From the NCBI GenBank assembly GCA_964016885.1, contig CAXHJY010000096.1, forward strand, positions 1,302,001-1,366,000: DNA of 64,000 nucleotides, given 5' to 3'. The stretch's first letter is position 1, and the number at the start of each line of letters is the position of its first letter. This DNA is from Eledone cirrhosa. Taxonomy: Eukaryota. The position numbers and the translations under genes were made by a program. Shown piece by piece: positions 39,901-52,400 of the stretch. The notes under the pieces were generated by a model. The model was not told the origin of the DNA, searched no databases, and worked only from the letters and a program-made list of their open reading frames with translations.

Positions 39901-42900
39901 TTCCAGCCGTCCAAGGGGAGATAATTTCCAGCCGTCCAAGGGGAGATAATTTCCAGCCGTCCAAGGAGACATATTTTCCAGCCGTCCAAGGAGAGGTAAT
40001 TCCTAGCCGTCCAAGGGGAGATAAATTCCAGCCTCCAAGGGGAGATAATTTCCAGCCAGCCAAGGGGAGATAATTTGTAAAAAAAATCAGGGGGAGATAA
40101 TTTGTAAAAAAAATCAGGGGGAGATAATTTGTAAAAAAAAATCAGGGGGAGATAATTTGTAAAAAAAATCAAGGGGAGATAATTTCCAGCCGTCCAAGGG
40201 GAGATAATTTTCAGCCGTCCAAGGGGAGATAATTTCCCGCCAGCCAAGGGAAGATAATATTCAAAAAAATCAGGCGGAGATAATTTGTAAAAAAAATCAG
40301 GGGGAGATAATTTGTAAAAAAATCAGGGGGAGATAATTTGTAAAAAAAAAAATCAGGGGGAGATAATTTGTAAAAAAAATCAGGGGGAGATAATTTGTAA
40401 AAAAAAATCAGGGGTAGATAATTTGTAAAAAAAAATCAGGGGGAGATAATTTGTAAAAAAAAATCAGGGGGAGATAATTTGTAAAAAAAATGAAAGGGGA
40501 GATAATATCCAGCCGTCCAAGGGGAGATAATTTCCAGCCGTCCAAGGGGAGATAATTTCCAGCCGTCCAAGGGGAGATAATTTCCATCCTTCCAAGGGGA
40601 TATAATTTCCAGCCGTCCAAGGGGAGATAATTTCCATCCTTCCAAGGGGATATAATTTCCAGCCGTCCAAGGGGAGATAATTTTCAGCCGTCCAAGGAGA
40701 GGTAATTTCTAGCCGTCCAAGGAGAGATAATTTCCAGCCGTCCAAGGGGAGATAATTTCCAGCCGTCCAAGGGGAGATAATTTCCAGCCGTCCAAGGAGA
40801 CATATTTTCCAGCCGTCCAAGGAGAGGTAATTCCTAGCCGTCCAAGGGGAGATAAATTCCAGCCTCCAAGGGGAGATAATTTCCAGCCAGCCAAGGGGAG
40901 ATAATTTGTAAAAAAAATCAGGGGGAGATAATTTGTAAAAAAATCAGGGGGAGATAATTTGTAAAAAAAATCAGGGGGAGATAATTTGTAAAAAAAATCA
41001 GGGGGAGATAATTTGTAAAAAAAAATCAGGGGTAGATAATTTGTAAAAAAAAATCAGGGGGAGATAATTTGTAAAAAAATCAAGGGGAGATAATTTCCAG
41101 CCGTCCAAGGGAAGATAATTTCCAGCCCTCCAACGGGCTATAATTTCCAGCGTCCAAGGGGAGATAATTTCCAGCCAGCGAAGGGGAGATAATTTTTTTA
41201 AAAAAATCATTGGGAGATTTGTAAAAAAAATCAGGGGGAGATAATTTGTAAAAAAAATCAAGGGGAGATAATTTCCAGCCGTCCAAGGGGAGGTAATATC
41301 TAGCCGTCCAAGGGTAGATAATTTCCAGCCGTCCAACGGGAGATAATTTCCAGCCGTCCAAGGGTAGATAATATCCAGCCGCCCAAGGACATATTTTCCA
41401 GCCGTCCAAGGAGAGGTAATTTCTAGCCGTCCAAGGGGAGATAATTTCCAGCCGTCCAAGGGTAGATAATATCCAGCCGTCCAAGGACATATTTTCCAGC
41501 CGTCCAAGGAGAGGTAATTTCTAGCCGTCCAAGGGGAGATAAATTCCAGCCTCCAAGGGGAGATAATTTCCAGCCAGCCAAGGGGAGATAATTTGTAAAA
41601 AAATCAGGGAGAGATAATTTGTAAACAAAATCAGGGGGAGATAATTTGTAAAAAAAAATCAGGGGGAGATAATTTGTAAAAAAAATTAGGCGTAGATAAT
41701 TTGTAAAAAAAAATCAGGGGGAGATAATTTGTAAAAAAAAATCAGGGGGAGATAATTTGTTTAAAAAATCAAGGGGAGATAATTTGCAGCCGTCCAAGGG
41801 GAGATAATTTTCAGCCGTCCAAGGAGAGGTAATTTCTAGCCGTTCAAGGGGAGATAATTTCCAGCCGTCCAAGGCGAGATAATTTCCAGCCGTCCAAGGG
41901 GAGATAATTTTTTTTTAAAAATCAGGCGGACATAATTTGTAAAAAAAAATCAGGGGGAGATAATTCGTAAAAAAAAATCAGGGGGAGATAATTTGTAAAA
42001 AAAAATCAGGGGGAGATAATTTGTAAAAAAAATCAAGGGGAGATAATTTCCAGCCGTCCAAGGGAAGATAATTTCCAGCCCTCCAAGGGGCTATAATTTC
42101 CAGCGTCCAAGGGGAGATAATTTCCAGCCAGCGAAGGGGAGATAATTTTTTTAAAAAAATCATTGGGAGATTTGTAAAAAAAATCAGGGGGAGATAATTT
42201 GTAAAAAAAATCAAGGGGAGATAATTTCCAGCCGTCCAAGGGGAGGTAATATCTAGCCGTCCAAGGGTAGATAATTTCCAGCCGTCCAACGGGAGATAAT
42301 TTCCAGCCGTCCAAGGGTAGATAATATCCAGCCGCCCAAGGACATATTTTCCAGCCGTCCAAGGAGAGGTAATTTCTAGCCGTCCAAGGGGAGATAATTT
42401 CCAGCCGTCCAAGGGTAGATAATATCCAGCCGTCCAAGGACATATTTTCCAGCCGTCCAAGGAGAGGTAATTTCTAGCCGTCCAAGGGGAGATAAATTCC
42501 AGCCTCCAAGGGGAGATAATTTCCAGCCAGCCAAGGGGAGATAATTTGTAAAAAAATCAGGGGGAGATAATTTGTAAAAAAAATCAGGGGGAGATAATTT
42601 GTAAAAAAAAATCAGGGGGAGATAATTTGTAAAAAAAAATCAGGGGGAGATAATTTGCAAAAAAAATCAGGGGGAGATAATTTGTAAAAAAAAATCAGGG
42701 GTAGATAATTTGTAAAAAAAAATCAGGGGGAGATAATTTGTAAAAAAAAATCAGGGGGAGATAATTTGTAAAAAAAATCAAGGGGAGATAATTTCCAGCC
42801 GTCCAAGGAGAGATAATTTAAAAAAAAATCAGGCGGAGATAATTTGTAAAAAAAAATCAGGGGGAGATAATTTGTAAAAAAAAATCAGGGGGAGATAATT

Positions 42901-45900
42901 TGTAAAAAAAAATCAGGGGGAGATAATTTGTAAAAAAAATCAGGAGGAGATAATTTGTAAAAAAAATCAAGGGGAGATAATTTCCAGCCGTCCAAGGAGA
43001 GATAATTTAAAAAAAAATCAGGCGGAGATAATTTGTAAAAAAAAATCAGGGGGAGATAATTTGTAAAAAAAAATCAGGGGGAGATAATTTGTAAAAAAAA
43101 TCAAGGGGAGATAATTTCCAGCCGTCCAAGGGGAGATAATTTTCAGCCGTCCAAGGGGAGATAATTTCCCGCCAGCCAAGGGAAGATAATATTCAAAAAA
43201 ATCAGGCGGAGATAATTTGTAAAAAAAATCAGGGGGAGATAATTTGTAAAAAAATCAGGGGGAGATAATTTGTAAAAAAAAAAATCAGGGGGAGATAATT
43301 TTTAAAAAAAATCAGGGGGAGATAATTTGTAAAAAAAAATCAGGGGTAGATAATTTGTAAAAAAAAATCAGGGGGAGATAATTTGTAAAAAAAAATCAGG
43401 GGGAGATAATTTGTAAAAAAAATGAAAGGGGAGATAATATCCAGCCGTCCAAGGGGAGATAATTTCCAGCCGTCCAAGGGGAGATAATTTCCAGCCGTCC
43501 AAGGAGAGATAATTTCCATCCTTCCAAGGGGATATAATTTCCAGCCGTCCAAGGGGAGATAATTTCCATCCTTCCAAGGGGATATAATTTCCAGCCGTCC
43601 AAGGGGAGATAATTTTCAGCCGTCCAAGGAGAGGTAATTTCTAGCCGTCCAAGGAGAGATAATTTCCAGCCGTCCAAGGGGAGATAATTTCCAGCCGTCC
43701 AAGGGGAGATAATTTCCAGCCGTCCAAGGAGACATATTTTCCAGCCGTCCAAGGAGAGGTAATTCCTAGCCGTCCAAGGGGAGATAAATTCCAGCCTCCA
43801 AGGGGAGATAATTTCCAGCCAGCCAAGGGGAGATAATTTGTAAAAAAAATCAGGGGGAGATAATTTGTAAAAAAAATCAGGGGGAGATAATTTGTAAAAA
43901 AAAATCAGGGGGAGATAATTTGTAAAAAATAATCAGGGGGAGATAATTTGTAAAAAAAATCAAGGGGAGATAATTTCCAGCCGTCCAAGGGGAGATAATT
44001 TTCAGCCGTCCAAGGGGAGATAATTTCCCGCCAGCCAAGGGAAGATAATATTTAAAAAAATTAGGCGGAGATAATTTGTAAAAAAAATCAGGGGGAGATA
44101 ATTTGTAAAAAAATCAGGGGGAGATAATTTGTAAAAAAAATCAGGGGGAGATAATTTGTAAAAAAAATCAGGGGGAGATAATTTGTAAAAAAAAATCAGG
44201 GGGAGATAATTTGTAAAAAAAATCAAGGGGAGATAATTTCCAGCCGTCCAAGGGAAGATAATTTCCAGCCCTCCAAGGGGCTATAATTTCCAGCGTCCAA
44301 GGGGAGATAATTTCCAGCCAGCGAAGGGGAGATAATTTTTTTTAAAAAATCATTGGGAGATTTGTAAAAAAAATCAGGGGGAGATAATTTGTAAAAAAAA
44401 TCAAGGGGAGATAATTTCCAGCCGTCCAAGGGGAGGTAATATCTAGCCGTCCAAGGGGAGATAATTTCCAGCCGTCCAAGGGGAGATAATTTCCAGCCGT
44501 CCAAGGGTAGATAATATCCAGCCGTCCAAGGACATATTTTCCAGCCGTCCAAGGAGAGGTAATTTCTAGCCGTCCAAGGGGAGATAAATTCCAGCCTCCA
44601 AGGTGAGATAATTTCCAGCCAGCCAAGGGGAGATAATTTGTAAAAAAATCAGGGGGAGATAATTTGTAAAAAAAATCAGGGGGAGATAATTTGTAAAAAA
44701 AAATCAGGGGGAGATAATTTGTAAAAAAAATCAGGGGGAGATAATTTGTAAAAAAAAATCAGGGGGAGATAATTTGTAAAAAAAATCAAGGGGAGATAAT
44801 TTCCAGCCGTCCAAGGGGAGATAATTTCCCGCCAGCCAAGGGAAGATAATATTTAAAAAAATCAGGCGGAGATAATTTGTAAAAAAAATCAGGGGGAGAT
44901 AATTTGTAAAAAAATCAGGGGGAGATAATTTGTAAAAAAAAAATCAGGGGGAGATAATTTGTAAAAAAAATCAGGGGGAGATAATTTGTAAAAAAAAATC
45001 AGGGGTAGATAAATTGTAAAAAAAAATCAGGGGGAGATAATTTGTAAAAAAAATCAGGGGGAGATAATTTGTAAAAAAAATGAAAGGGGAGATAATATCC
45101 AGCCGTCCAAGGGGAGATAATTTCCAGCCGTCCAAGGGGAGATAATTTCCAGCCGTCCAAGGGGAGATAATTTCCATCCTTCCAAGGGGATATAATTTCC
45201 AGCCGTCCAAGGGGAGATAATTTCCCGCCAGCCAAGGGAAGATAATTTTTAAAAAAATCAGGCGGAGATTGTAAAAAAAATCAGGGGGGAGATAATTTGT
45301 AAAAAAATCAGGGGGAGATAATTTGTAAAAAATAATCAGGGGGAGATAATTTGTAAAAAAAAATCAAGGGGAGATAATTTCCAGCCGTCCAAGGGGAGAT
45401 AATTTCCCGCCAGCCAAGGGAAGATAATATTTAAAAAAATTAGGCGGAGATAATTTGTAAAAAAAATCAGGGGGAGATAATTTGTAAAAAAATCAGGGGG
45501 AGATAATTTGTAAAAAAAATCAGGGGGAGATAATTTGTAAAAAAAATCATGGGGAGATAATTTGTAAAAAAAAATCAGGGGTAGATAATTTGTAAAAAAA
45601 AATCAGGGGGAGATAATTTGTAAAAAAAAATCAGGGGGAGATAATTTGTAAAAAAAATCAAGGGGAGATAATTTCCAGCCGTCCAAGGGGAGATAATTTT
45701 CAGCTGTCCAAGGAGAGGTAATTTCTAGCCGTCCAAGGGGAGATAATTTCCAGCCGTCCAAGGGGAGGTAATTTCCAGCCGTCCAAGGGGAGATAATTTT
45801 AAAAAAAAAATCAGGCGGAGATAATTTGTAAAAAAAATCAAGGGGAGATAATTTGCAGCCGTCCAAGGGGAGATAATTTTCAGTCGTCCAAGGAGAGGTA

Positions 45901-46730
45901 ATTTCTAGCCGTCCAAGGGGAGATAATTGCCAGCCGTCCAAGGGGAGATAATTTCCAGCCGTCCAAGGGGAGATAATTTTTTTTAAAAAATCAGGCGGAG
46001 ATAATTTGTAAAAAAAATCAGGGGGAGATAATTTGTAAAAAAAATCAGGGGGAGATAATTTCTAAAAAAAAATCAGGGGTAGATAATTTGTAAAAAAAAT
46101 CAAGGGGAGATAATTTGTAAAAAAAATCAAGGGGAGATAATTTCCAGCCGTCCAAGGGAAGATAATTTCCAGCCCTCCAAGGGGCTATAATTTCCAGCGT
46201 CCAAGGGGAGATAATTTCCAGCCAGCGAAGGGGAGATAATTTTTTAAAAAAAATCATTGGGAGATTTGTAAAAAAAATCAGGGGGAGATAATTTGTAAAA
46301 AAAATCAAGGGGAGATAATTTCCAGCCGTCCAAGGGGAGGTAATATCTAGCCGTCCAAGGGTAGATAATTTCCAGCCGTCCAACGGGAGATAATTTCCAG
46401 CCGTCCAAGGGTAGATAATATCCAGCCGCCCAAGGACATATTTTCCAGCCGTCCAAGGAGAGGTAATTTCTAGCCGTCCAAGGGGAGATAATTTCCAGCC
46501 GTCCAAGGGTAGATAATATCCAGCCGTCCAAGGACATATTTTCCAGCCGTCCAAGGAGAGGTAATTTCTAGCCGTCCAAGGGGAGATAAATTCCAGCCTC
46601 CAAGGGGAGATAATTTCCAGCCAGCCAAGGGGAGATAATTTGTAAAAAAATCAGGGGGAGATAATTTGTAAAAAAAATCAGGGGGAGATAATTTGTAAAA
46701 AAAAATCAGGGGGAGATAATTTGTAAAAAA
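30917..46730 (+). repeat. Near-perfect tandem duplication, period 7,876 bp (2 copies)
   Basis: ORFs 31701-38368 recur at +7,876 with identical translations. Markers are AAGGCGAGAT (~33995/41871), CCCACCAGCC (~31076/38952), GTAGAAAAA (~31452/39328) and CAACGGGCTAT (~33255/41131). Confidence 0.93.
31450..33050 (+). repeat. Small tandem duplication of module P with flanks, period 831 bp (propagated to ~39.3-40.9 and ~48.55-50.15 kb)
   Basis: ORF offsets 31701->32532, 39577->40408 and 48804->49635 are all 831. Confidence 0.85.
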
Positions 46731-49429
46731 AAATCAGGGGGAGATAATTTGCAAAAAAAATCAGGGGGAGATAATTTGTAAATAAAAATCAGGGGTAGAT
46801 AATTTGTAAAAAAAAATCAGGGGGAGATAATTTGTAAAAAAAAATCAGGGGGAGATAATTTGTAAAAAAAATCAAGGGGAGATAATTTCCAGCCGTCCAA
46901 GGAGAGATAATTTTAAAAAAAATCAGGCGGAGATAATTTGTAAAAAAAAATCAGGGGGAGATAATTTGTAAAAAAAAATCAGGGGGAGATAATTTGTAAA
47001 AAAAAATCAGGGGGAGATAATTTGTAAAAAAAATCAGGAGGAGATAATTTGTAAAAAAAATCAAGGGGAGATAATTTCCAGCCGTCCAAGGAGAGATAAT
47101 TTAAAAAAAAATCAGGCGGAGATAATTTGTAAAAAAAAATCAGGGGGAGATAATTTTTAAAAAAAAATCAGGGGGAGATAATTTGTAAAAAAAATCAAGG
47201 GGAGATAATTTCCAGCCGTCCAAGGAGAGATAATTTTAAAAAAAATCAGGCGGAGATAATTTGTAAAAAAAAATTAGGGGGAGATAATTTGTAAAAAAAA
47301 ATCAGGGGGAGATAATTTGTAAAAAAAATCAAGGGGAGATAATTTCCAGCCGTCCAAGGAGAGATAATTTTAAAAAAAATCAGGGGGAGATAATTTGTAA
47401 AAAAATCAGGGGGAGATAATTTGTAAAAAAAAAAATCAGGGGGAGATAATTTGTAAAAAAAATCAGGGGGAGATAATTTGTAAAAAAAAATCAGGGGTAG
47501 ATAATTTGTAAAAAAAAATCAGGGGGAGATAATTTGTAAAAAAAAATCAGGGGCAGATAATTTGTAAAAAAAATGAAAGGGGAGATAATATCCAGCCGTC
47601 CAAGGGGAGATAATTTCCAGCCGTCCAAGGGGAGATAATTTCCAGCCGTCCAAGGGGAGAAAATTTCCATCCTTCCAAGGGGATATAATTTCCAGCCGGC
47701 CAAGGGGAGATAATTTCCATCCTTCCAAGGGGATATAATTTCCAGCCGTCCAAGGGGAGATAATTTTCAGCCGTCCAAGGAGAGGTAATTTCTAGCCGTC
47801 CAAGGAGAGATAATTTCCAGCCGTCCAAGGGGAGATAATTTCCAGCCGTCCAAGGGGAGATAATTTTACAGCCGTCCAAGGAGACATATTTTCCAGCCGT
47901 CCAAGGAGAGGTAATTCCTAGCCGTCCAAGGGGAGATAAATTCCAGCCTCCAAGGGGAGATAATTTCCAGCCAGCCAAGGGGAGATAATTTGTAAAAAAA
48001 ATCAGGGGGAGATAATTTCTAAAAAAAATCAGGGGGAGATAATTTGTAAAAAAAAATCAGGGGGAGATAATTTGTAAAAAATAATCAGGGGGAGATAATT
48101 TGTAAAAAAAATCAAGGGGAGATAATTTCCAGCCGTCCAAGGGGAGATAATTTTCAGCCGTCCAAGGGGAGATAATTTCCCACCAGCCAAGGGAAGATAA
48201 TATTTAAAAAAATTAGGCGGAGATAATTTGTAAAAAAAATCAGGGGGAGATAATTTGTAAAAAAATCAGGGGGAGATAATTTGTAAAAAAAATCAGGGGG
48301 AGATAATTTGTAAAAAAAATCAGGGGGAGATAATTTGTAAAAAAAAATCAGGGGTAGATAATTTGTAAAAAAAAATCAGGGGGAGATAATTTGTAAAAAA
48401 AAATCAGGGGGAGATAATTTGTAAAAAAAATCAAGGGGAGATAATTTCCAGCCGTCCAAGGAGAGATAATTTTAAAAAAAATCAGGCGGAGATAATTTGT
48501 AAAAAAAAATCAGGGGGAGATAATTTGTAAAAAAAAATCAGGGGGAGATAATTTGTAGAAAAAATCAAGGGGAGATAATTTCCAGCCGTCCAAGGGGAGA
48601 TAATTTTCAGCCGTCCAAGGGGAGATAATTTCCCGCCAGCCAAGGGAAGATAATATTCAAAAAAATCAGGCGGAGATAATTTGTAAAAAAAATCAGGGGG
48701 AGATAATTTGTAAAAAAATCAGGGGGAGATAATTTGTAAAAAAAAAAATCAGGGGGAGATAATTTGTAAAAAAAATCAGGGGGAGATAATTTGTAAAAAA
48801 AAATCAGGGGTAGATAATTTGTAAAAAAAAATCAGGGGGAGATAATTTGTAAAAAAAAATCAGGGGGAGATAATTTGTAAAAAAAATGAAAGGGGAGATA
48901 ATATCCAGCCGTCCAAGGGGAGATAATTTCCAGCCGTCCAAGGAGAGATAATTTCCAGCCGTCCAAGGGGAGATAATTTCCATCCTTCCAAGGGGATATA
49001 ATTTCCAGCCGTCCAAGGGGAGATAATTTCCATCCTTCCAAGGGGATATAATTTCCAGCCGTCCAAGGGGAGATAATTTTCAGCCGTCCAAGGAGAGGTA
49101 ATTTCTAGCCGTCCAAGGAGAGATAATTTCCAGCCGTCCAAGGGGAGATAATTTCCAGCCGTCCAAGGGGAGATAATTTCCAGCCGTCCAAGGAGACATA
49201 TTTTCCAGCCGTCCAAGGAGAGGTAATTCCTAGCCGTCCAAGGGGAGATAAATTCCAGCCTCCAAGGGGAGATAATTTCCAGCCAGCCAAGGGGAGATAA
49301 TTTGTAAAAAAAATCAGGGGGAGATAATTTGTAAAAAAAATCAGGGGGAGATAATTTGTAAAAAAAAATCAGGGGGAGATAATTTGTAAAAAAAATCAAG
49401 GGGAGATAATTTCCAGCCGTCCAAGGGGA

Positions 49430-52400
49430 GATAATTTTCAGCCGTCCAAGGGGAGATAATTTCCCGCCAGCCAAGGGAAGATAATATTCAAAAAAATCAG
49501 GCGGAGATAATTTGTAAAAAAAATCAGGGGGAGATAATTTGTAAAAAAATCAGGGGGAGATAATTTGTAAAAAAAAAAATCAGGGGGAGATAATTTGTAA
49601 AAAAAATCAGGGGGAGATAATTTGTAAAAAAAAATCAGGGGTAGATAATTTGTAAAAAAAAATCAGGTGGAGATAATTTGTAAAAAAAAATCAGGGGGAG
49701 ATAATTTGTAAAAAAAATGAAAGGGGAGATAATATCCAGCCGTCCAAGGGGAGATAATTTCCAGCCGTCCAAGGGGAGATAATTTCCAGCCGTCCAAGGG
49801 GAGATAATTTCCATCCTTCCAAGGGGATATAATTTCCAGCCGTCCAAGGGGAGATAATTTCCATCCTTCCAAGGGGATATAATTTCCAGCCGTCCAAGGG
49901 GAGATAATTTTCAGCCGTCCAAGGAGAGGTAATTTCTAGCCGTCCAAGGAGAGATAATTTCCAGCCGTCCAAGGGGAGATAATTTCCAGCCGTCCAAGGG
50001 GAGATAATTTCCAGCCGTCCAAGGAGACATATTTTCCAGCCGTCCAAGGAGAGGTAATTCCTAGCCGTCCAAGGGGAGATAAATTCCAGCCTCCAAGGGG
50101 AGATAATTTCCAGCCAGCCAAGGGGAGATAATTTGTAAAAAAAATCAGGGGGAGATAATTTGTAAAAAAATCAGGGGGAGATAATTTGTAAAAAAAATCA
50201 GGGGGAGATAATTTGTAAAAAAAATCAGGGGGAGATAATTTGTAAAAAAAAATCAGGGGTAGATAATTTGTAAAAAAAAATCAGGGGGAGATAATTTGTA
50301 AAAAAATCAAGGGGAGATAATTTCCAGCCGTCCAAGGGAAGATAATTTCCAGCCCTCCAACGGGCTATAATTTCCAGCGTCCAAGGGGAGATAATTTCCA
50401 GCCAGCGAAGGGGAGATAATTTTTTTAAAAAAATCATTGGGAGATTTGTAAAAAAAATCAGGGGGAGATAATTTGTAAAAAAAATCAAGGGGAGATAATT
50501 TCCAGCCGTCCAAGGGGAGGTAATATCTAGCCGTCCAAGGGTAGATAATTTCCAGCCGTCCAACGGGAGATAATTTCCAGCCGTCCAAGGGTAGATAATA
50601 TCCAGCCGCCCAAGGACATATTTTCCAGCCGTCCAAGGAGAGGTAATTTCTAGCCGTCCAAGGGGAGATAATTTCCAGCCGTCCAAGGGTAGATAATATC
50701 CAGCCGTCCAAGGACATATTTTCCAGCCGTCCAAGGAGAGGTAATTTCTAGCCGTCCAAGGGGAGATAAATTCCAGCCTCCAAGGGGAGATAATTTCCAG
50801 CCAGCCAAGGGGAGATAATTTGTAAAAAAATCAGGGAGAGATAATTTGTAAAAAAAATCAGGGGGAGATAATTTGTAAAAAAAAATCAGGGGGAGATAAT
50901 TTGTAAAAAAAAATCAGGGGGAGATAATTTGCAAAAAAAATCAGGGGGAGATAATTTGTAAAAAAAAATCAGGGGTAGATAATTTGTAAAAAAAAATCAG
51001 GGGGAGATAATTTGTAAAAAAAAATCAGGGGGAGATAATTTGTAAAAAAAATCAAGGGGAGATAATTTCCAGCCGTCCAAGGAGAGATAATTTTAAAAAA
51101 AATCAGGCGGAGATAATTTGTAAAAAAAAATCAGGGGGAGATAATTTGTAAAAAAAAATCAGGGGGAGATAATTTGTAAAAAAAAATCAGGGGGAGATAA
51201 TTTGTAAAAAAAATCAGGAGATAATTTGTAAAAAAAATCAAGGGGAGATAATTTCCAGCCGTCCAAGGAGAGATAATTTAAAAAAAAATCAGGCGGAGAT
51301 AATTTGTAAAAAAAAATCAGGGGGAGATAATTTGTAAAAAAAAATCAGGGGGAGATAATTTGTAAAAAAAATCAAGGGGAGATAATTTCCAGCCGTCCAA
51401 GGGGAGATAATTTTCAGCCGTCCAAGGAGAGGTAATTTCTAACCGTCCGAGGAGAGATAATTTCCAGCCGTCCAAGGGGAGATAATTTCCAGCCGTCCAA
51501 GGGGAGATAATTTCCAGCCGTCCAAGGAGACATATTTTCCAGCCGTCCAAGGAGAGGTAATTTCTAGCCGTCCAAGGGGAGATAAATTCCAGCCTCCAAG
51601 GGGAGATAATTTCCAGCCAGCCAAGGGGAGATAATTTGTAAAAAAATCAGGGGGAGATAATTTGCAAAAAAAATCAGGGGGAGATAATTTGTAAAAAAAA
51701 TCAGGGGGAGATAATTTGTAAAAAATAATCAGGGGGAGATAATTTCCAGCCGTCCAAGGGAAGATAATTTCCAGCCCTCCAAGGGGCTATAATTTCCAGT
51801 GTCCAAGGGGAGATAATTTCCAGCCAGCGAAGGGGAGATAATTTTTTTAAAAAAATCATTGGGAGATTTGTAAAAAAAATCAGGGGGAGATAATTTGTAA
51901 AAAAAATCAAGGGGAGATAATTTCCAGCCGTCCAAGGGGAGGTAATATCTAGCCGTCCAAGGGGAGATAATTTCCAGCCGTCCAAGGGGAGATAATTTCC
52001 AGCCGTCCAAGGGTAGATAATATCCAGCCGCCCAAGGACATATTTTCCAGCCGTCCAAGGAGAGGTAATTTCTAGCCGTCCAAGGGGAGATAAATTCCAG
52101 CCTCCAAGGGGAGATAATTTCCAGCCAGCCAAGGGGAGATAATTTGTAAAAAAATCAGGGGGAGATAATTTGTAAAAAAAATCAGGGGGAGATAATTTGT
52201 AAAAAAAAATCAGGGGGAGATAATTTGTAAAAAAAAATCAGGGGGAGATAATTTGCAAAAAAAATCAGGGGGAGATAATTTGTAAAAAAAAATCAGGGGT
52301 AGATAATTTGTAAAAAAAAATCAGGGGGAGATAATTTGTAAAAAAAATCAGGGGGAGATAATTTGTAAAAAAAATCAAGGGGAGATAATTTGTAAAAAAA

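Larger units (their letters stand above)
20740..50845 (+). repeat. Older ~9,227-bp tandem duplication, overprinted by the 3,771 and 7,876 duplications
   Basis: Offsets are 12,999 (21103->34102; =9,228+3,771), 9,227-9,228 (26236->35464, 39577->48804) and 17,103 (30388->47491; =9,227+7,876). Markers GGGGCAGAT, AGCCGGCC and TTTTACAG occur at about 30.45-30.77 kb and 47.55-47.87 kb. Confidence 0.82.
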
